From: Spirochaetaceae bacterium
GTDB taxonomy: Bacteria > Spirochaetota > Spirochaetia > Treponematales > Breznakiellaceae
Direction of reading: 5' to 3'
Assembly: GCA_031257135.1 (NCBI GenBank)
Contig: JAIRPH010000161.1
Span: 1 to 39,405 of the forward strand
DNA length: 39,405 nucleotides
Numbering within the stretch: the stretch's first letter is position 1; each line of letters starts with the position of its first letter. Shown in pieces: positions 16,540 through 24,434 of the stretch. The translations under genes and the position numbers were made by a program. The notes beneath the pieces were generated by a model. The model was not told where the DNA came from and made no database searches. It saw only the letters and a program-made list of their open reading frames with translations.

Positions 16540-17544
16540 CTACCGCGTCGATTTTCTGACGACAAGGCTCGTATCAGCTACCTGAATCTCCGGTTTCTCC
16601 AACACTCCGTGTTTTTCTTTATACTGAATCTGATAAATCAGCCGCTCCGCGGCGCGTACTCCTATTTCGTACAACGGTTGGGCAACCGTTGTAAGCGGAG
16701 GCTCTACCAGAGTAGCTATATCTACGTTGTCAAAGCCGATAATCGAAATATCATCAGGAACCCGGTAGCCCGCATCATATACGGCGCGCATAATCACTAT
16801 CGCGCGGGCATCGCTGGCGGCGAAAATCGCATCAGGTATATCGCCCTTATTCAGCATCGTCTTGGTAAGCGTATAAAAACTATGCACATCCTGATTTTCG
16901 CCTATCACCAACGCGGCATCGAAGCTCATACCGTAATCATGTAGCGCATCTTTGTAGCCCTGAAACCGATCCGCATACAGCGGCACCGCAGTATCTCCAA
17001 GGGCGACGGCAATTTTTTTATGCCCTCTTTCAATGAGATACGCTACCGCGTTATACGCGGCTTTTTTATTGTCAATCACCACCGCATCGATCTTGCGGTT
17101 ATATGAGCGCAGAGTCAGTACCAGCGGAAACTGTTCGTTCCGCAGTTTCATAATATGCGTCGAATGAGGCATCATCGAGGCGATGATAAATCCGTCGATA
17201 AGCCGGGTTTTGAGCCGGCTTATGTAATCTTTTTCGATAGCAATATGTTCATCCGTATTGGTAAGTATAACCATAAACCCGTACTTCCGGGCGGTATCTT
17301 CAACGCCGCGGGCAATATCAGGAAAGATCATGTTTTGAATACTGGGAATCATGAGGGCAATCGTACTGCTTCTTCCTATTTTCAGGCTCTGAGCCATCAC
17401 GTTAGGGCTATAATTCAACGCCTTAACCGCTTCGAGAACCTTTTTCCGGGTAGCTTCTTTAACATACGTTTTGTTATGCAACGCTCTGGAAACCGTACTC
17501 ATAGACAAGCCGGTATACTGAGCCACATCTTTGAGACCCGTCAT
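16540..17544 (-). CDS. LacI-family transcriptional regulator
   Basis: 334 aa. N-terminal HTH LKDVAQYTGLSMSTVSRALHN plus a periplasmic-binding-protein-like sugar-binding core. Confidence 0.92.
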   Translation of the reverse strand: MTGLKDVAQYTGLSMSTVSRALHNKTYVKEATRKKVLEAVKALNYSPNVMAQSLKIGRSSTIALMIPSIQNMIFPDIARGVEDTARKYGFMVILTNTDEHIAIEKDYISRLKTRLIDGFIIASMMPHSTHIMKLRNEQFPLVLTLRSYNRKIDAVVIDNKKAAYNAVAYLIERGHKKIAVALGDTAVPLYADRFQGYKDALHDYGMSFDAALVIGENQDVHSFYTLTKTMLNKGDIPDAIFAASDARAIVIMRAVYDAGYRVPDDISIIGFDNVDIATLVEPPLTTVAQPLYEIGVRAAERLIYQIQYKEKHGVLEKPEIQVADTSLVVRKSTR

Positions 17545-17549
17545 CAGCG

Positions 17550-18644
17550 TTAGTACCTCGGCATCCGCTGTAAGATACCGTCTCTCGAATAAAAAAGATC
17601 GGTTTCAGCTATGGGAAACGATACAGGCTGTTTCGTTACCGCAGACTTGTAGATGCCGGTAACGACTTCCACCGCATCCCGCCCGGTACGACCGGTAAGC
17701 AGTAACGGCGACGAGGTTTCAACGGCTTGAACAAAATCCGCAATCTGCCCGATATGACCTTCCCAAGACAGAGGCGGATAGCTTTTATACCGGGCTTCAA
17801 TTTCCGCGGCGGTTTCGGCGTCTTCTTCCGGAAAACCTCCGCCTTTGTCTTTCGAGCAGTACACCGAAAACGGTATTCCTAACTCAGCCCGTTCAGTCTC
17901 AAACAGCAGACGCCGTTCCCTGCTGTCTCCATGATGTATCTGAGAACAGGTCAGCTCTCCGACCGCGCCTCCGGCAAACCGGATATACGCCGAAGACAGA
18001 TCTTCTACCTGAGCGGCAGGATGATATACATTCGCCATAAACGCGGTCAGCTCTTTCGGTTTTCCCGCCATCCAAAGCAGTAAATCAAGGTAATGTATCG
18101 CGAGATTTAAAGTACAGCCTCCGCCGGCTTGCTCCCAAGAACCGCGCCACGGCGTATCGTAATATCCCTGTCCCCGCCACCATACCGAGCAGGCTTGAAC
18201 GTACAGCAGTTTGCCGCAGTGTCCTTCTTCTAAGAGCCGTTTAAGATTCCATACGCCGGTAGTATATCTGTTTTGAGCGACTACCGAAAGAAGCCGCTTT
18301 TTCTTCTCCGCCGCAGAAATCATAGCGTCGCATTCAGCCAGAGACGGCGCCATAGGCTTTTCCAGAAGAACATGAAGCCCCGCCTCAAAACAGTCTAGGA
18401 CGATAGCGCAATGATTTCCCGCGGGCGTACAGATCGAAGCGATTTGAAACGCCTGTTCCGACAAGGCTTCCCGATAATCGCCGTAAGCCTTTGCTGAAAG
18501 CGTATGTTTCTGTATCAGGGCTTCCGCCTTAGTTTTATCCGTATCGGCTACCGCCGTTATACGGACCCGCTCGCCCAATGCGCCGTAAGCCGCTATATGA
18601 CTGTTAGCTATTCCGCCGGCGCCGATTATCAAAACAGATATCAT
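17550..18644 (-). CDS. Gfo/Idh/MocA-family NAD(P)-dependent oxidoreductase
   Basis: Rossmann motif ISVLIIGAGGIANSH, EKP motif (LLEKPMA). Start set to ATG 18644 (MISVLIIGAGG); the ORF track extends to 18692. Confidence 0.85.
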   Translation of the reverse strand: MISVLIIGAGGIANSHIAAYGALGERVRITAVADTDKTKAEALIQKHTLSAKAYGDYREALSEQAFQIASICTPAGNHCAIVLDCFEAGLHVLLEKPMAPSLAECDAMISAAEKKKRLLSVVAQNRYTTGVWNLKRLLEEGHCGKLLYVQACSVWWRGQGYYDTPWRGSWEQAGGGCTLNLAIHYLDLLLWMAGKPKELTAFMANVYHPAAQVEDLSSAYIRFAGGAVGELTCSQIHHGDSRERRLLFETERAELGIPFSVYCSKDKGGGFPEEDAETAAEIEARYKSYPPLSWEGHIGQIADFVQAVETSSPLLLTGRTGRDAVEVVTGIYKSAVTKQPVSFPIAETDLFYSRDGILQRMPRY

Positions 18645-18705
18645 ATATCCATGATACCGGTTCTTATATCCCTTGTCAAATGATTTCTGCAAACCTTTGC
18701 ACCTA

Positions 18706-18735
18706 TTGAGCGCAGACGGCTTGACGCTGTATAGT
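18706..18735 (+). promoter_or_regulatory. sigma-70-like promoter TTGAGC-18-TATAGT, 7 nt before ATG 18743 (leaderless geometry)
   Basis: TTGAGC 18706-18711, TATAGT 18730-18735, ATG 18743. Confidence 0.4.
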
Positions 18736-18742
18736 GAGAGAT

Positions 18743-19372
18743 ATGCGTATCCAGAATTTTGTTGTCTTTGAAGGCGGAGACGGAAGCGGAACTACCACTC
18801 AGATTGACTGCCTGAAGAAGCGTTTTGAAGCTGATTCCGCTCTTCCGCGGCTGTATGCTACCTTTGAGCCTACCGGCGGTCCTATCGGAAATCTGATCCG
18901 CTTGGCTTTGAAAGGAGACATTACGCTCCAGCCCGAAACCTTAGCGCGGCTCTTCGCCGCGGACCGAAATGAGCATCTCTATGGTTCGGCAGGCATTATG
19001 GAACACCATCGTCAAGGATCGCTGGTGGTTTCCGATAGGTATGCGCTTTCTTCTTTAGTATACCAAGGCTTAACCTGCGGAAGAGAACTGCCCCGGGAAC
19101 TTAACGCCTCCTTTCCCGTCCCGGAATTGCTCTTGTTTTTTGATATTGAACCGGAAACCGCCTGCCGGCGTATGCAAAACCGGAGCGTCAAGGAAATCTA
19201 CGAGTATCTTGATTTTCAGATACAGGTCCGGGAACGGTACAAGTCGCTCCTGCCCTGGTATGAACGCAACGGAACCGCCGTTGCCGTGATAGACGGAGCT
19301 ATGCCCCAAGAGGAAGTAACCGAAGCGGTATGGAGAGAACTGCAAAACCTGCCGATACTCAAATCGTTATGA
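18743..19372 (+). CDS. tmk: thymidylate (dTMP) kinase-like protein with an atypical P-loop
   Basis: FEGGDGSGTTTQ P-loop (Thr where the Walker-A Lys is expected), DRY motif VSDRYALSSLVYQG, LID-like CRRMQNRS. The ORF track starts at GTG 18734. Confidence 0.75.
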   Translation: MRIQNFVVFEGGDGSGTTTQIDCLKKRFEADSALPRLYATFEPTGGPIGNLIRLALKGDITLQPETLARLFAADRNEHLYGSAGIMEHHRQGSLVVSDRYALSSLVYQGLTCGRELPRELNASFPVPELLLFFDIEPETACRRMQNRSVKEIYEYLDFQIQVRERYKSLLPWYERNGTAVAVIDGAMPQEEVTEAVWRELQNLPILKSL

Positions 19373-19983
19373 AAAAACCGCTTATCCTAACCGGATTACT
19401 TTTGCTCTTTCTCAGCGTCCAAACGAACCTTAACGCGTATGTGGTCAGGTACAAAGAGCAATTCTTTAGATTGTATCATATCCACTATATGCAGAATCCT
19501 GATGATACGATGGAAAATATTTATTGGCTCGAAGAAGCGGTTAAAGCGGATTTCGCAAATCCTCTTTATGCGGTAGCCCGCATCGAAAATGAGGTCCAAT
19601 GGGAAAAATACCGCTATCTTTTTATGATGCACCTCAACCTTAAACTCATTGAGCAATATATTTTTCTGGGAAACAAGTGGAATAAACGGAACGCCTATTT
19701 TTTCAACGCCCCTTGGAAAGAACAAAATCTGGAAAGCCTGACCATCGCAGAAACCTGCTACCAAACCGCGTTGTATTACTGGAATCAAGCCCTAGTCTGG
19801 GCGGAAAAAGCTCAAGACCGCCGGTTCCGGTTCATCAACCTTGAGCGAATCCAAAATTGGGAAGACGAAGCCTTTAGAATCGAGCGGAAATCTCTGGATT
19901 ACGCAAAAACACTCAACCGAGAGCTGGGACTGCTTCAAAAAACGCGGGAAACTTTTGAAGCTATGGACGAAAATACCTATTAG
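19369..19983 (+). CDS. secreted hypothetical protein (signal peptide MKKPLILTGLLLLFLSVQTNLNA)
   Basis: Start set to ATG 19369, which overlaps the tmk stop (ATGA). Hydrophobic N-terminus. No recognisable catalytic motif. Confidence 0.6.
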   Translation: MKKPLILTGLLLLFLSVQTNLNAYVVRYKEQFFRLYHIHYMQNPDDTMENIYWLEEAVKADFANPLYAVARIENEVQWEKYRYLFMMHLNLKLIEQYIFLGNKWNKRNAYFFNAPWKEQNLESLTIAETCYQTALYYWNQALVWAEKAQDRRFRFINLERIQNWEDEAFRIERKSLDYAKTLNRELGLLQKTRETFEAMDENTY

Positions 19984-19994
19984 GCGAATCGGAA

Positions 19995-20972
19995 TTGGAA
20001 AAAACCGAAGCTCAGGCGTTGATGCTGGAAAACCGTATCCGAAAACGATTCAGACATCTCAGAAAATGGGCGAAACGAATCGGAACCGACGCCTTCAGAC
20101 TGTATAATCGGGATATTCCTGAAATCCCGCTGGTTGTCGATTACTATGGACAATGGGTTTCCGCCGCGCTCTATCAGCGTCCCTACGAAAAAGACGAAGC
20201 CGAAGAACGTCATTGGCTTGCGGCTATGACTCAGGCAATAGCCGCGGGACTGGAACTTCCTGAATCTCAGGTGTTTCTCAAAGAACGGAAACGCCAGCGG
20301 GGAAAAAACCAATATCAGAAACTGAGGGATACTCAGGTTGTTCGGCAAGTCCGCGAAGGAGGTCTGACCTTTCAGGTGAATCTGTCGGACTACCTCGATA
20401 CCGGGCTGTTTCTTGACCGGCGGAAAGCGCGGGACCTCTTACGAAAGGAAGCCGCGGGGAAACGGGTTCTCAACTTGTTCGCCTATACCTGTTCTTTTTC
20501 GGTATACGCCGCCGCAGGAGGCGCCCAAGAGATCGATTCGGTAGACCTCTCCAATACCTACTTGGATTGGGGCAAACTCAACTTCAGGCTGAACGGTTTT
20601 GAAGCCGGTTCTCGGTATCGATTCATTGCGGCTGAGACAGAGGACTTTCTTCGCCGGGGAATACGGAATAGACGTACTTGGGATAGTATCATCCTCGACC
20701 CCCCGAGCTTTTCCAATTCAAAAAAAATGACCGGCGCCCTTGATATACGGCGGGATTATAAACGCCTCATCTCCCAAAGCCTTGAAGTCCTCGATAAAAA
20801 AGGCACCTTATGGTTCAGCGCCAACGCCAAAGGTTTCCGCCTGAATCCAGCGGAGTTTCCAGAACTGCATATCGAAAATCTACAGCCCCTCATCATAGAC
20901 GAAGATTTCATCGGGAAAAAAATACCCTCATGCTATAAAATTTCCCGCTCCGCTCCGCTCGCTCGCTCATAA
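19995..20972 (+). CDS. class I SAM-dependent rRNA methyltransferase (RlmK/RlmI-like)
   Basis: 325 aa. LNLFAYTCSFSVYAAAGGA (SAM motif I) and IILDPPSFSNSKK (motif IV), as in the RlmK C-terminal domain. The track start is TTG 19995, so the start is uncertain. Confidence 0.8.
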   Translation: MEKTEAQALMLENRIRKRFRHLRKWAKRIGTDAFRLYNRDIPEIPLVVDYYGQWVSAALYQRPYEKDEAEERHWLAAMTQAIAAGLELPESQVFLKERKRQRGKNQYQKLRDTQVVRQVREGGLTFQVNLSDYLDTGLFLDRRKARDLLRKEAAGKRVLNLFAYTCSFSVYAAAGGAQEIDSVDLSNTYLDWGKLNFRLNGFEAGSRYRFIAAETEDFLRRGIRNRRTWDSIILDPPSFSNSKKMTGALDIRRDYKRLISQSLEVLDKKGTLWFSANAKGFRLNPAEFPELHIENLQPLIIDEDFIGKKIPSCYKISRSAPLARS

Positions 20973-20973
20973 A

Positions 20974-21009
20974 TGACTGACACCTATATTACCTATATTG
21001 ACTGACACC
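20974..21009 (+). repeat. two exact copies of TGACTGACACC 25 bp apart, flanking a tandem ACCTATATT-ACCTATATT
   Basis: Copies at 20974-20984 and 20999-21009, between the methyltransferase stop and the Y1 transposase start. Confidence 0.8.
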
Positions 21010-21043
21010 AAAGCAGATTTCATATCCATACCATATAGGGAGT

Positions 21044-21559
21044 ATGAGAAGATTACGGACACTTGTGGAAGGGGCGACGTATCATGTTGCCTCGAAAATC
21101 GACCATGACGATCCGGCTTTGCGGGAGTCGGCGTTTAAACAGGGCTTTTTGGACTTTGTGACTAAGGCGAAAAAGCGGTTTTCCTTTAAATTATGGAATT
21201 TTATGGTTATGGATAATCACATTCATTTTCTCATTAAGCCCGGACCCGGAGTATCTTTGTCCAAGATAATGCAGTGGATTAAGTGTAATTTTGCCAAATG
21301 GTGGAATAAAATGCACAATACCAAGGGGCATCTGTGGGGGGACCGGTTCTTTTCCCGAATAATCAAGGACGAAAAGGACTTTGAAGCGGTATCTGAGTAT
21401 ATCGACGAGAATCCGGTGAAAGCGAAGCTGGTGAAAACAGCGAAAGAATGGCGGTTCGGCGGGTTATTTCACCGGCTGAGGCGGATTTTCGGCATTATTG
21501 ACAGCGGGACGGACTTTGTGAAGCGCTTTGCCCCGGATATACGTCCGCCGCCGATATGA
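21044..21559 (+). CDS. IS200/IS605-type Y1 (HUH) transposase-like protein, REP-associated tyrosine transposase (RAYT)-like
   Basis: 171 aa. YHVASK N-terminus, HUH motif DNHIHFLIKP, GHLWGDRFFS, catalytic-Tyr region SEYIDENPVKAKLV, EWRFGG. Confidence 0.8.
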   Translation: MRRLRTLVEGATYHVASKIDHDDPALRESAFKQGFLDFVTKAKKRFSFKLWNFMVMDNHIHFLIKPGPGVSLSKIMQWIKCNFAKWWNKMHNTKGHLWGDRFFSRIIKDEKDFEAVSEYIDENPVKAKLVKTAKEWRFGGLFHRLRRIFGIIDSGTDFVKRFAPDIRPPPI

Positions 21560-21598
21560 GATTTTGTCTGTCTTAGCGGATGAAATAGGCGTAATTAC

Positions 21599-21627
21599 TT
21601 GACCCGCATAACGGGGTTCGGTATACT
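21599..21627 (+). promoter_or_regulatory. sigma-70-like promoter TTGACC-17-TATACT, about 220 nt upstream of the next CDS
   Basis: TTGACC 21599-21604, TATACT 21622-21627. No ORF of 60 aa or more between it and ATG 21850. Confidence 0.4.
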
Positions 21628-21849
21628 GAAAATATAAATCGCATCATAAGATTACGAGGGATTCGCAAGTATTCGAGGAACGGTTGAACTGCGCCGACTT
21701 GAACCAGAGCTAAATTCGCTTTCTCTTTATTCTTAGGTTGTCCTCAGAAGGGGGATTGCATTTTTTCTGGCGTCTTCCAATAATAATTTCCGAGACGTGG
21801 TAAACCGGATGTAATGACCGCTATTTTTACGTTTCTATAAGGAGTTTCT

Positions 21850-22299
21850 ATGATAAAAAAAGGAAAAATCGGAATACCGGGCATGGTCATCCGCAGAATG
21901 TGTCTGGCGCTGATTGGTACGGCGGTGATTGCGGGTTGCGCTACTGGGTCTAAGGTTCAATTTTTTAACGACAGCGGGTATGATCGTATTGAAGCCGGCG
22001 ATTATGATCGGGCTCGTGCGGATTTCAACGAGGCGTTGAGGTATAATGCTAAGTGCGCCAGAGCCTATACCGGGCGGGGAGAGACTTATCGGTTGCAAGG
22101 CTGGCATGATGAGGCGTTGAGGGATTTCAATACAGCTATCCGGTTTGATTCAGAGTATGCCGCCGCGTATTGGAGCCGCGGTATGGTATACCGCGACCTC
22201 GGCGACATTGACCGGGCTATAGCGGATTTCGATAGGGCGTTGAGGCTTGATCCGGAATATGCCGAAGTCAAAGAGGCTCGGCAAGGAGCATCCAAGTAG
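21850..22299 (+). CDS. TPR-repeat lipoprotein
   Basis: 149 aa. Lipobox-like LIGTAVIAGC, then 3 TPR units (AxxDFNxALRxxxxYAxAYxxRG). AAGGAG RBS. Confidence 0.85.
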   Translation: MIKKGKIGIPGMVIRRMCLALIGTAVIAGCATGSKVQFFNDSGYDRIEAGDYDRARADFNEALRYNAKCARAYTGRGETYRLQGWHDEALRDFNTAIRFDSEYAAAYWSRGMVYRDLGDIDRAIADFDRALRLDPEYAEVKEARQGASK

Positions 22300-22319
22300 G
22301 ATGCGGCGGCGGATGGTTT

Positions 22320-22330
22320 TGACTGACACC
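22320..22330 (+). repeat. third exact copy of TGACTGACACC (followed by gAAGC, as in the 20999 copy)
   Basis: Intergenic, between the two TPR genes. Confidence 0.7.
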
Positions 22331-22353
22331 GAAGCGGCCAAAAGAGGCGTTAT

Positions 22354-24399
22354 ATGACAAATAGAGTGCGAGCAATCGGCATCATGGCGATGTTCATCGC
22401 GGCGGCGGGCGCGGTTTTCCCGCAGACTGACGCTGATTATGTTGCCGCCGGCGTTCAGTACGCCGAGAAAGGCGACTATAATCGGGCGATTGAGGAATAT
22501 ACCAAAGCTCTGCAAATCAATCCGGGCAACGCCGATGCGTTAGTCGGGCGGGGCTGGGCGTATCGCCAGCGGAATCGGTATGACGCGGCGGTCCGGGACT
22601 TCAGCGCGGCGGTTCGGCTTGATCCGCAGGATGTTTCAGCGTATATCGGGCGCGGGGAGGTCCATTGGACAGAGGGCAGATATGATGCCGCGCTGAAAGA
22701 TTTCAGCGAGGTAATCCGGCTTGATCCGAAGAATGTTTTAGCCTATGTCGCCCGAGGAAAGACGTTTCATCTGCAAGGTCAGTACGAGGCGGCGGTTAAG
22801 GACTTTACTGATGCCCTTCAGATCGATCCGAACAACGTCTGGGCTTACACTTCTCTTGGAGAAACCTATCGGCAAATCGAGTGGTACGACGCGGCGGTTC
22901 AAAATTTCAACGCCGCGCTTCAGCTTGAACCTGCCTATGTTTCAGCGTATGTCGCCCGGGGAAAGACGCGGAGACAGCAAGGTCAGTATGACGAGGCGGC
23001 TCGAGACCTTAATGAGGCGGTGCGGCTCGCGTCTGATTATACCGCGGCCTATATCGAGCTTGGATCGGTATACTTTGACAAGCTCGAATATGATCGGGGG
23101 ATTAAATATATTACCGAAGCGCTTCGGCTTGATCCGTATAATGCCTCGGCGTATATCAAGCGGGGAGAAATATACCGGGAGCAGGGCAGATATGACGCGG
23201 CGATCCGGGACTTTGATGCGGCTCTTCAGTTCAGCTCTGAAAACGCTTGGGCTTATATGGAGCGGGGAACGGCTTATGCGGAAAAGGAACAGTATAACGC
23301 GGCGATCCGGGATTACAATGAAGCGATTCGCATCGTTCCCGATTACGGCGTATTATATCGGCATCGGGGAACAGCCTATCGGCTGATGGGCAGGTACGAT
23401 GAGGCGATTTGGGATTTAAACACGGCGATTCATTTTGATCCGAATGATGTGTGGGCTTATACCAATCGGGGAAGAGCCTACGGAGAGAAGGGCGACTACA
23501 TAAACGCCCTCATGGATTTTCACGAGGCTTTGCGGCTTGATCCCGATTTTATTGACGCCTTATTCGCCCGAGGGTATGTATACAGTCTTGCAGGCAATCG
23601 GGATCAGGCTATTGCGGATTGGACTGAGCTAATCCGCCGGGACCCTAATCTTGCTGTAATGTTCAGCAATCGGGGCTATGACTATTACCTGAAAGGAGAC
23701 TACGATCAGGCTATTGCGGACTGCAATGAAGCGATTCGGCTTGACCCTGATTTCGCGGAAGCCTATCTAAACCGCGCGCTCGCGTACGCGCTCAAAAAAG
23801 AATACCCTCAGGCGATCCGGGACTGTCAGAAGACCTTGCAAATCGATCCGAATCACGCCGAGGCGCGCCGGAATCTGGAGCGGCTTCTGCGCGGAGAAGA
23901 CCCGTTCCCGTTTCCCGGCAGGATAGATTCCTCTGACACCGCCGCAGTAGGCGTTTTTTTACGTCAAGGGCTTCAGTACGCCAAGAACGGCGATGTTGAT
24001 CGGGCGATTCAGTCTTTCAGCGAAGCCGTGCGGATAAATCCCTATGATTCCTATGCCTTTTATTACCGCGGGCTTGCGTATATGCAAAAAGGAGATGCCG
24101 CCGGAGCCATTGAGGATTATACCGCCGCGCTGAGGATCAATCCGTCCTTTGTTTCAGCCTTGAACAATCGGGGCGCGGCGTATTACTACCGGGGCGATTT
24201 TGATCGGTCCCTTGAGGATTACACCGCCGCGTTGAAAATCGACCCGAATAACAGCAGAGCCTTTAATAACCGGGGCGCGGCGTATTTCAAAAAAGGCGAC
24301 CTAAACCGGGCGGAGAAGGACTTTATCGAAGCTCTGCGGATCGATCCGTTCTATTCGGTTGCGGAAGACAATCTTGAGTTTCTGCGCTGGGGGCGATAG
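22354..24399 (+). CDS. large TPR-repeat protein (about 18 TPR units) with an N-terminal signal/anchor
   Basis: 681 aa. Repeated AIxDFxxALxLDPxxxxAYxxRG units. Confidence 0.9.
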   Translation: MTNRVRAIGIMAMFIAAAGAVFPQTDADYVAAGVQYAEKGDYNRAIEEYTKALQINPGNADALVGRGWAYRQRNRYDAAVRDFSAAVRLDPQDVSAYIGRGEVHWTEGRYDAALKDFSEVIRLDPKNVLAYVARGKTFHLQGQYEAAVKDFTDALQIDPNNVWAYTSLGETYRQIEWYDAAVQNFNAALQLEPAYVSAYVARGKTRRQQGQYDEAARDLNEAVRLASDYTAAYIELGSVYFDKLEYDRGIKYITEALRLDPYNASAYIKRGEIYREQGRYDAAIRDFDAALQFSSENAWAYMERGTAYAEKEQYNAAIRDYNEAIRIVPDYGVLYRHRGTAYRLMGRYDEAIWDLNTAIHFDPNDVWAYTNRGRAYGEKGDYINALMDFHEALRLDPDFIDALFARGYVYSLAGNRDQAIADWTELIRRDPNLAVMFSNRGYDYYLKGDYDQAIADCNEAIRLDPDFAEAYLNRALAYALKKEYPQAIRDCQKTLQIDPNHAEARRNLERLLRGEDPFPFPGRIDSSDTAAVGVFLRQGLQYAKNGDVDRAIQSFSEAVRINPYDSYAFYYRGLAYMQKGDAAGAIEDYTAALRINPSFVSALNNRGAAYYYRGDFDRSLEDYTAALKIDPNNSRAFNNRGAAYFKKGDLNRAEKDFIEALRIDPFYSVAEDNLEFLRWGR

Positions 24400-24401
24400 C
24401 G

Positions 24402-24434
24402 AAAAAATAGCCGCCGAATCCTCCGGGACGGCGG
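24402..24434 (-). terminator. intrinsic terminator of the MCP gene (hairpin CCGCCG/CGGCGG followed by a T6 run on the minus strand)
   Basis: Stem 24411-24416 / 24429-24434 with inner TC/GG pairs. The A-run at 24402-24407 is a U-run on the minus strand. Lies between convergent genes. Confidence 0.55.

Noticed and set aside
20946-20969. Short CGCTC/GCTC microsatellite (ccgctccgctccgctcgctcgctc) at the 3' end of the methyltransferase gene
   Set aside because: Only 3+2 imperfect units, encoding the last few residues. It is too short to argue for phase variation.
22745-23386. 213-aa alternative-frame ORF inside the large TPR gene (same strand)
   Set aside because: Its Arg/Ser-rich repetitive translation is produced by reading the TPR repeats out of frame. 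The in-frame TPR reading is far more protein-like.
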